Of a stretch of DNA of 11,332 nucleotides, positions 1 to 5,776 are shown one piece after another. Position 1 is the first letter of the stretch; the number at the start of each line of letters is the position of its first letter. This stretch comes from an uncultured archaeon. Its GTDB lineage: Archaea; Altiarchaeota; Altiarchaeia; IMC4; SCGC-AAA252-I15. The DNA lies in NCBI GenBank assembly GCA_964587725.1, contig CAZPLO010000034.1, positions 1 to 11,332 of the forward strand. Reading direction: 5' to 3'. The notes beneath the pieces are model-generated. The model was not told the origin of the DNA. It searched no databases and saw nothing but the letters and a program-made list of their open reading frames with translations. The position numbers were made by a program, and so were the translations under genes.

Positions 1-1256
1 GGACCGCCGCGCACCAAACCCATCATGCCTGCGGCAGCCACCGCCCCGCCCACCCATTTCATAAGCTGGGTCATCATTAACGGCACAGCCACCAACGCAA
101 CGAACCCACCCAGCAACATGAATATGGCAACCACCTTGCCGATTAAAGCCTGGGAGAAGCTCACGTCCATCTGCCTGTCCAGAGCAACATTATCCCCAGG
201 GTCCACGGCCGTTGAAGTATCAGCCCCGTATCCTGCGTATTTCTCCGATAGGTCGTGTATGCCTGTGGGGTCGCTGGACGCAAGGTTCAGCAGCGACAAC
301 GTGGTTATGGCCAGTATCAGGGCGAACACCGGGCCCATGAAAAGCCACATGACGGTCTTCATCAGCAGGTCGCCGCCGAGGCTCCGGGTGTAGTCAAAGA
401 AGTAGAGGAAGAGTGTGACGGGGAATATTATGTAGAAGAGTATCACCATCGCGTACCTTACCATCAGCAGCAGCACCACCAGCAGGGCGAATGCCGCAAT
501 CCAACCCAGCAGCGTCAGGCCGAACCCGGCGGTCCCTGCGATTATGGCCACCACCAGTGAGACGATGACGCCGGTGAGCACTATGCCTACCAGTCCCAGC
601 CCGGAGGTGGCTGTGGTGGAGCCGCCGAGTAGGTCGTACATTTTGTCGAAGATGGTGTTGGTCATGCCGCGGGCGATTTCAAATAACAGGATGTATATCT
701 TGTTCGAGACGGAGATGAGGAGGACCGCGGTTATGAGTTTGTTGAGCATGCTCTTCGCCTTCGACCGCTGGCCGGGGTCTATCGAGCAGAATATCAGGTA
801 GGCCGCCACGATTAGAAGCTGTACGAACAGCAGAGGTATCAGCAGCTTCAGCATCACCGCGATTATTGGGTCGTAGGCCGACCAGTCCGGCCGCACATTG
901 AGGGCCCACTGGAAGAGCCAGAGGATTCCTTTAATCAGGGCTTGAAACGCCTGCCCTATCGCGTCGAGAATCTTGTTCCATATGATATCCAGTATCCCGC
1001 CCCAGCCCAGCGCACATGCGACGGTGTCTGCGACCGCGAGGGCGCCGACCACGAGGAGACCGATGCCGCCGGTGAGGATGCCGACTACCGCGCCGATGAC
1101 CGCCCACTTCACCAATCTACCCGCCGAAACGCAGCTTTTACCTCCTTCGGTGTCCGACGGGGCGTCCCTGCCACCGGCGTCCGCTATTATCTGCGGCATC
1201 GACGCTGACAGGATGAGGAGTAGTGCCGTGAGGGCGACGAGCTTGCGGACGTTCAT
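1..1256 (-). CDS. VirB6/TrbL-like polytopic membrane protein of a T4SS/Ced-like system; 3'-partial, >418 aa, not in the ORF track
   Basis: Manual translation from the ATG at 1256 is open to the window edge: MNVRKLVALTALLLILSASMPQIIADAGG...YLIFCSIDPGQRSKAKSMLNKLITAVLLI...LLLMVRYAMVILFYIIFPVTLFLYFFDYTRSLGGDLLMKTVMWLFMGPVFALILAI...VPLMMTQLMKWVGGAVAAAGMMG. It has an N-terminal signal peptide and many TM segments. The R-x11-P-(hydrophobic)-F-x-x-T-R hairpin and the later P-x-MM..GG segment resemble VirB6/TrbL. It lies directly downstream of a VirB2-like pilin. The CDS is near-certain; the family call is moderate. Confidence 0.75.
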   Translation of the reverse strand, partial: MNVRKLVALTALLLILSASMPQIIADAGGRDAPSDTEGGKSCVSAGRLVKWAVIGAVVGILTGGIGLLVVGALAVADTVACALGWGGILDIIWNKILDAIGQAFQALIKGILWLFQWALNVRPDWSAYDPIIAVMLKLLIPLLFVQLLIVAAYLIFCSIDPGQRSKAKSMLNKLITAVLLISVSNKIYILLFEIARGMTNTIFDKMYDLLGGSTTATSGLGLVGIVLTGVIVSLVVAIIAGTAGFGLTLLGWIAAFALLVVLLLMVRYAMVILFYIIFPVTLFLYFFDYTRSLGGDLLMKTVMWLFMGPVFALILAITTLSLLNLASSDPTGIHDLSEKYAGYGADTSTAVDPGDNVALDRQMDVSFSQALIGKVVAIFMLLGGFVALVAVPLMMTQLMKWVGGAVAAAGMMGLVRGG

Positions 1257-1279
1257 CTTGGAGGTAAATTAATATTATC

Positions 1280-1287
1280 ATTATAAA
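1280..1287 (-). promoter_or_regulatory. TATA-box-like element for a probably leaderless transcript of the VirB6-like gene
   Basis: TTTATAAT on the minus strand, 24-31 nt upstream of the ATG at 1256, in an AT-rich spacer. No SD-like sequence precedes that ATG. Confidence 0.5.
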
Positions 1288-1317
1288 GAAAAAAGAGTGT
1301 ATTTGGGGGAATATCTG

Positions 1318-1360
1318 AAAAAAAAGAAGGGATTAGGTGCCGGTTGAACCGGCACCTCCC
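1318..1360 (-). terminator. Hairpin plus U-tract terminator downstream of the pilin gene
   Basis: Perfect inverted repeat AGGTGCCGGTT-G-AACCGGCACCT (1335-1357), extendable by GGG/CCC with a bulge. On the minus strand it is followed by CTTCTTTTTTTT (A8 at 1318-1325). It begins about 13 nt after the pilin stop codon. Confidence 0.75.
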
Positions 1361-1373
1361 ACACGTTTCCGGT

Positions 1374-1703
1374 TTATGCGCACTGGCTTCCGAAGACCAG
1401 TACGACAATCCACACCGCGAGCAGGACTATTATCAGTCCGACTACCGCGTGGATTATCCCCTGCTTGGCCTGCTTTCTGGCGCCTGGGTCCTCTGCTGAG
1501 CCAGCCCACTTGATACCCTGCAGCGTAATGACTACTGCGGCTACTCCGCCGGCTATGGCGTACAGAAGATCCCTTATGTTGAAGAGCACGTCACAGATTG
1601 CTGTCTTCGCACTCAAGGCCCCGGTAGACGTCGCACCCGCTGCCACAAAACCAGCCAGTGTCAACACCATAAGACCTGCCAAAAGGGCTCCACTTTTCTT
1701 CAT
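1374..1703 (-). CDS. TrbC/VirB2-family (conjugative-type) pilin precursor, 109 aa
   Basis: Sec-type signal peptide (MKKSGALLAGLMVLTLAGFVAA), then an amphipathic helix, TM1 (LLYAIAGGVAAVVITLQGIKW), a short basic loop (SAEDPGARKQAK) and TM2 (IIHAVVGLIIVLLAVWIVVLVF). This is the typical VirB2/TrbC hairpin architecture. Strong SD upstream. Confidence 0.85.
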   Translation of the reverse strand: MKKSGALLAGLMVLTLAGFVAAGATSTGALSAKTAICDVLFNIRDLLYAIAGGVAAVVITLQGIKWAGSAEDPGARKQAKQGIIHAVVGLIIVLLAVWIVVLVFGSQCA

Positions 1704-1709
1704 CAGATT

Positions 1710-1716
1710 TCACCTC
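1710..1716 (-). promoter_or_regulatory. Shine-Dalgarno sequence of the pilin gene
   Basis: GAGGTGA 6 nt upstream of the ATG at 1703; matches the archaeal anti-SD complement. Confidence 0.8.
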
Positions 1717-1773
1717 ATATATGTTTTAGGTATTGTAAGAAGATGGTAACAAACCCTTAAAAACAGAAAAAAG

Positions 1774-1792
1774 TTGTATATTTGTATACAAA
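1774..1792. promoter_or_regulatory. Candidate operator: TTGTATA repeats and a 12-bp palindrome upstream of the pilin gene
   Basis: TTGTATA at 1774-1780 and 1782-1788, an inverted copy at 1785-1791, and the perfect palindrome TTTGTATACAAA at 1781-1792. It sits next to a TATA-like TTTTTAAG (minus strand, 1756-1763). Confidence 0.4.
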
Positions 1793-1805
1793 ACCTTTTT
1801 TGACC

Positions 1806-2105
1806 CTATTCCATCTCAACCAGATTGCCGTACGGGAACCATGGCTTGCCCGTAACCCTAACTAGAGTGTCGAAGGCGGATTCCTTGCTCCCTGACCGCT
1901 CAGACCACACGTACTCCAGAAACTGGCTCTTGTTTTCAAGCGCGAAACGCACGGCGTACTCTATGACCTCGGACTGGTTCATGCGGATGCCCTGGCGTAG
2001 TATCTTGTAGTTGAGGTTCTTTATGTTAGACAGAGTCATTAAATCCACCCTCTGGGTCGTATACTTCTTTCCCCCACCCCTCTTGTCTCCGGATTTGCCC
2101 GCCAT
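1806..2105 (-). CDS. Ribbon-helix-helix DNA-binding protein (CopG/VapB-antitoxin-like), 99 aa
   Basis: Basic tail, beta-strand YTTQRVD, helix LMTLSNIKNLNYKILRQG, turn, then helix NQSEVIEYAVRFALEN. The S-E-V-I..A-V pattern is typical of RHH helix B. Confidence 0.65.
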   Translation of the reverse strand: MAGKSGDKRGGGKKYTTQRVDLMTLSNIKNLNYKILRQGIRMNQSEVIEYAVRFALENKSQFLEYVWSERSGSKESAFDTLVRVTGKPWFPYGNLVEME

Positions 2106-2128
2106 CAGAACCAGCCCGTTACTAAAAT

Positions 2129-2150
2129 GCAGATATATTAATATATATGC
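2129..2150. promoter_or_regulatory. Palindromic bidirectional TATA element between divergent genes
   Basis: GCA-G-ATATATTAATATAT-A-TGC is a 22-bp palindrome with one mismatched pair. Its centre lies about 34 nt from the RHH ATG (2105, minus) and about 30 nt from the small-ORF ATG (2170, plus). Confidence 0.55.
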
Positions 2151-2169
2151 GGATTATTGAATGTTAACC

Positions 2170-2289
2170 ATGAAAATCGAGCTAAGAGACGACATAACCC
2201 AACGGGACATACTGCTTTTCCTGGGCCTCATCCTATTCCTGATATTCTGGACCTGGTTCGTGTTCTACAGCGGATTCATCCTGGGCTAG
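2170..2289 (+). CDS. Small single-pass membrane protein, 39 aa (42 aa from the ATG at 2161); below the ORF-track cutoff
   Basis: MKIELRDDITQRDILLFLGLILFLIFWTWFVFYSGFILG*: charged N-terminus plus one TM helix. Third codon positions are C/G-rich like neighbouring genes. It fills an otherwise empty gap, has a TATA element at the right distance and overlaps the convergent gene by 14 nt. Confidence 0.65.
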   Translation: MKIELRDDITQRDILLFLGLILFLIFWTWFVFYSGFILG

Positions 2290-3853
2290 GGTTCCTGTAA
2301 ACCAGGTATGCTCCGCTACCGTTGACCACAGGCCAGGACAGCATCTCCCCCGCAGGCTCGGAAGCGTAGTCCGCCACCCACTCCAATGTTCCGTTGGGGA
2401 TTACCAGGTAGTCCGCGTTACGGTAGGAGCAGTTGAATGCATAACGCTCGGGAGGGTACTTTCCATGATAGTAGTCGACTGCGTAGCCCTCGTATACGAC
2501 AGACTGCGTTATTATGGTCGCGTTTCCAAAGTACGGGACGAGGGGGCTCATGGTCAGCACCAGACCCCCCGGCTTCGAATCCGAGGCAACATACGCCGCT
2601 ACGGCTTCAACGTCCATCGGATTCTGTTCTCCAAGGACTCCGCCTGCGGCATAGGCCTGCAGGTTACCCAGGTACGCGAACGCCAGTGGATAGGAGAGCA
2701 GCAGCAGAGCGGTTATAAATCCTGCCTTAGGCTTCAGGTGTTTATACAGTTGCTCCAAGAGGGTTATGACGCCGAGTGCGAAGAACGGGTACATGGGTAT
2801 GAGCATGTGGTCCGAGCGCCCGAACACCAGAACAGACAGGAAGGAGGGGAGGAAGAATACGAGCGTCACCGGAACCCGGTGGACCGCGGGCAAGAAAAGC
2901 AGGCCGACTATTCCGAGCCAGTAGTAGTCCCCGCCCACGAACAATTCCCTGTCCGACAGCGGCTGAAGCATGGTCAAGGAGGTGATGAAGTGGGCCGCCA
3001 GCAGGGCGGCGGGAACCCAGAAGAGTTTGAACAACTCCCTGGTCTCGAATATGTTCTCCACCTCCGACGACAGCAGACGGGAGAGGAATTCAACGACCTG
3101 CCGCCTCTTCCAAGCAGCCGCGGCCAAGATTGGGAGGGCTATGAGAAACTGGGGGCGAAACAACCCCACCCGCTGCACCTGAAACATTACATCCTCCATG
3201 AAATACTGTGAAACAAAAGTCATGGAGGTCGCAAACAGCAGGAAGGGGCCGAAGATAAGCGCCGCCACCTGCGGCATCCGGCTGCGTTCCATGACCATGA
3301 AATAGAGTCCCAATGCTGCGGCCACCAGCAGACCCTGCGGTTCGGTGACCGCGGACAGCCCCGCCAGCAGACAGCAGGGAACCCACCATCGCCCGCCGAC
3401 CTTCACGTATTTTATCATAGAGTACATGGAAGCCACCACCAAGATGCTGAGGAAGTTGTTTGAGAAACCCATTCTCCCCCAGTAGACTGCCGCGGGGTAG
3501 GCCGCGTAGGCGGCGGCCGAATACACTCCAGTGCGCCGGCCACCCACCTCCCCCCCTATCAGGTACATGAGATAGATTATTCCATAGTTTAATGCGACGC
3601 TGAACAGGCGGGAGACGATTATGGACTCTCCGAACACCTTCACCAGTGCAGCCAACGAAATTATGTACAGCGGGGGATGGGGTATGAACGCGTACTCCAG
3701 CGTGAACCACCGGAGACGGCCTTCCGCGAGATTGGATGCGTAGTTGAGGTTGACGCCCTCGTCCCAGTGCCAGTGGGGCACGGTTCCCAGGCTGGGCAGC
3801 CATATGAGAGAAGCCGCCGCGAACACCAGCAGCAGATGCTTGATGGAGGACAT
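2276..3853 (-). CDS. ArnT/PMT-like (GT83/GT39-type) GT-C membrane glycosyltransferase, about 525 aa
   Basis: TM1 followed by WHWDEG (acidic DE pair in loop 1), then HPPLY and SRLFSV, about 11-13 TM segments and a soluble C-terminal domain. The start is reassigned to the ATG at 3853 (MSSIKHLL) because the 3910 extension crosses the divergent promoter region. Confidence 0.85.
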   Translation of the reverse strand: MSSIKHLLLVFAAASLIWLPSLGTVPHWHWDEGVNLNYASNLAEGRLRWFTLEYAFIPHPPLYIISLAALVKVFGESIIVSRLFSVALNYGIIYLMYLIGGEVGGRRTGVYSAAAYAAYPAAVYWGRMGFSNNFLSILVVASMYSMIKYVKVGGRWWVPCCLLAGLSAVTEPQGLLVAAALGLYFMVMERSRMPQVAALIFGPFLLFATSMTFVSQYFMEDVMFQVQRVGLFRPQFLIALPILAAAAWKRRQVVEFLSRLLSSEVENIFETRELFKLFWVPAALLAAHFITSLTMLQPLSDRELFVGGDYYWLGIVGLLFLPAVHRVPVTLVFFLPSFLSVLVFGRSDHMLIPMYPFFALGVITLLEQLYKHLKPKAGFITALLLLSYPLAFAYLGNLQAYAAGGVLGEQNPMDVEAVAAYVASDSKPGGLVLTMSPLVPYFGNATIITQSVVYEGYAVDYYHGKYPPERYAFNCSYRNADYLVIPNGTLEWVADYASEPAGEMLSWPVVNGSGAYLVYRNPSPG

Positions 3854-3925
3854 GTGAGATATTAAGCAGCGGATAAAAAAAGGCGCGGGAGGATTTTTAC
3901 CTGCACCCACCCATGTATAGGTTAT

Positions 3926-5776
3926 ATGAGAGGGGTTATTCAGTCCTTCGTCAGGAACCGCAGATGGGATGTGTTCATGGCACTCTACCTCCTCGCATTA
4001 TTCTCCACCCTCGCCTACAAAACGAATGCAGGACTTTCTGTAAACGACGAGATAGCTTATCTCCTGATGGTGGACCGAACGTCCAAGGGGGGTTTCACGA
4101 TATGGAACGGTCTGAACGAAACCTATTCCGACGAGCTGGTGTTGCACGGCACGGTCAGACAGGACAGCAGCCTCTACGGGGTGCCGCCGCCACTCTACCC
4201 CATACTCGTGCAACCCGCCTATTCATTAGCCGGCTTGGCGGGGTTGATACTCGTCAACACACTGTCCTATGTTGCAGTGGTCGCCCTAGTTTATCTCACA
4301 GCGGATTACGTGGCAGGAGACAAAGGGTTTGCCTCATTCGCAGCCATAGTATACTCTCTGACAGTCTACTCTATAAAGTATGCTGTGGAGCTGTGGCCTC
4401 ACATGTTGTCCGTGTTCATGTGCGCGTCCGCATTCTACCTCACCCTCAGGGGCCGCTCACCCGCCGCCGGCTTGCTCGCGGGGTTGGCGGTGGGTGTCAG
4501 ATACACCAACGGAGCTCTGGCGGCCGCACTACTAATATACATCATATACCGGTTCGGCCTTAAGGATGCGGCATATTTCGCCCTCGGCTTCGGCGCTCCA
4601 GTCGCCGCCATACTATACATAAACAACAGCATCTTCGGCACAGTGTACTCTACGGGATACAGTGTGAGCGCGGGGTTGGATGGGTTTTCACAAGTCCTCA
4701 TCTACCCGGTGGTTTTCGCAGCAGCCGGCGTCTCAGCCTACGTCTTATCCGATAGATTTGGGCGCAGCTCAGCCGTTAAAGCAGCCGCATCCGCCGTATT
4801 GCTGACAGCCCTGTTGTCGTACGTCATGGATCCGGGCTTTGCGGGGGAGGTTTGGCGGTCGCTGCAGATAGCGTACGCGCACCTCGTTGACATGCAAGCC
4901 CACCCGTCCGGATCCGTCCAGCTGGACAAGAAAAGCATACTGCAGGCGTCCCCTGTACTGGCTCTCTGCCTGCTGGCCCCCGCTCTGATGCGAAACCGTG
5001 CTGGCAGACTCAACACCCTCCTCCTCGCCTCCCCTCTGCTGTGCCTGACCGCTGTGTACAGTTCCTTCAGCGTCATGCACGGCGGCAGAGTGTCGTTCAC
5101 TCGCTACCTGCTGGAGGCGATGCCCTTTCTGGGGATACTGGCGGCCTACAGCCTGTGGCACATATGGCGGAGCGGAGAGAAAAATTACGTGATGCTCGTA
5201 CAGGTCCTGCCTTTCAGTTACGCGTTCCTGATACTGGCCATGCTAAGACAGCCGGGTGTTGAGGGGGCCGCCTCGTTCGCAGTCCGATACGCGCCCATCA
5301 CCCTAGCAGCCCTGTTGTTGACGACAGCCATAATCCGACTGAAGACGGGTGAACTGCAACATGTGTTCCTCTTCATCGCGGTCGCGTGCCTGACATACGG
5401 TGCGACCGCGAACGCATTGGATCTGATGAAGACTTCGTCCTCGCGGGAGATTAACCGCGACTTTGTAGTAGAGTTGAACTTCATCCCAGACGACTCCGCA
5501 GTCGTAATCGGCGACGACATCCAAGTCGTCGACGTGGGAGTGCTTAAGATAGACCGCAGAGTCAGGATAGTGGACGCCTCAAGGGACAACTTCAAAGACA
5601 CGCCGAAGCTCCTGGAGTTCTACCGCGAAATGAACATCCCAGTATACCTTTACATGAGAAACTCCACCGACGCTGAAGACGAAGCCTTATACGGGTTCAT
5701 GGAGGAAACCCGGAGCCGATACGGGACACGCATAGTATTAGGTGGCAAGAGAATCGTGTATGAGGTGGGGCGATGA
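3926..5776 (+). CDS. GT-C-fold membrane glycosyltransferase (ArnT/PMT-like), 616 aa
   Basis: SVNDEIAYLLMV, PPPLYPIL, ELWPHMLSVF, GVRY and RYLLEAMPFL motifs; multiple TM segments and a C-terminal soluble domain. Confidence 0.85.
   Translation: MRGVIQSFVRNRRWDVFMALYLLALFSTLAYKTNAGLSVNDEIAYLLMVDRTSKGGFTIWNGLNETYSDELVLHGTVRQDSSLYGVPPPLYPILVQPAYSLAGLAGLILVNTLSYVAVVALVYLTADYVAGDKGFASFAAIVYSLTVYSIKYAVELWPHMLSVFMCASAFYLTLRGRSPAAGLLAGLAVGVRYTNGALAAALLIYIIYRFGLKDAAYFALGFGAPVAAILYINNSIFGTVYSTGYSVSAGLDGFSQVLIYPVVFAAAGVSAYVLSDRFGRSSAVKAAASAVLLTALLSYVMDPGFAGEVWRSLQIAYAHLVDMQAHPSGSVQLDKKSILQASPVLALCLLAPALMRNRAGRLNTLLLASPLLCLTAVYSSFSVMHGGRVSFTRYLLEAMPFLGILAAYSLWHIWRSGEKNYVMLVQVLPFSYAFLILAMLRQPGVEGAASFAVRYAPITLAALLLTTAIIRLKTGELQHVFLFIAVACLTYGATANALDLMKTSSSREINRDFVVELNFIPDDSAVVIGDDIQVVDVGVLKIDRRVRIVDASRDNFKDTPKLLEFYREMNIPVYLYMRNSTDAEDEALYGFMEETRSRYGTRIVLGGKRIVYEVGR

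Noticed and set aside
462-485. CAG/CAC triplet run (QQQHHQQ in a shadow ORF)
   Set aside because: It is simply CTG/GTG Leu/Val codons of a TM helix on the minus strand, not a functional repeat.
25-1272. Plus-strand ORFs 25-393, 255-560, 544-801, 942-1208 and 973-1272, and minus-strand 679-909
   Set aside because: They are shadows of the long minus-strand membrane-protein gene (1-1256) and have no protein-like features.
1335-1357. GGTTCAA in the hairpin resembling a tRNA T-arm or att-site remnant
   Set aside because: The loop is 5 nt rather than 7, there is no cloverleaf, acceptor stem or CCA, and no integrase is nearby. A terminator explains it better.
1660-1703. Type IV pilin/archaellin class III signal peptide (MKKSG/ALL)
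   Set aside because: The -2 residue is Ser, not Lys/Arg, and there is no +5 Glu. The protein has two further TM helices, which fits VirB2/TrbC rather than type IV pilins.
1806-2105. Complete type II toxin-antitoxin module
   Set aside because: No PIN, RelE or similar toxin ORF adjoins the RHH gene.
3854-3910. 19-codon N-terminal extension of the minus-strand GT-C given in the ORF track
   Set aside because: It would leave only 15 bp between divergent genes and spans TATA-like tracts. The ATG at 3853 gives a normal short N-terminus before TM1.
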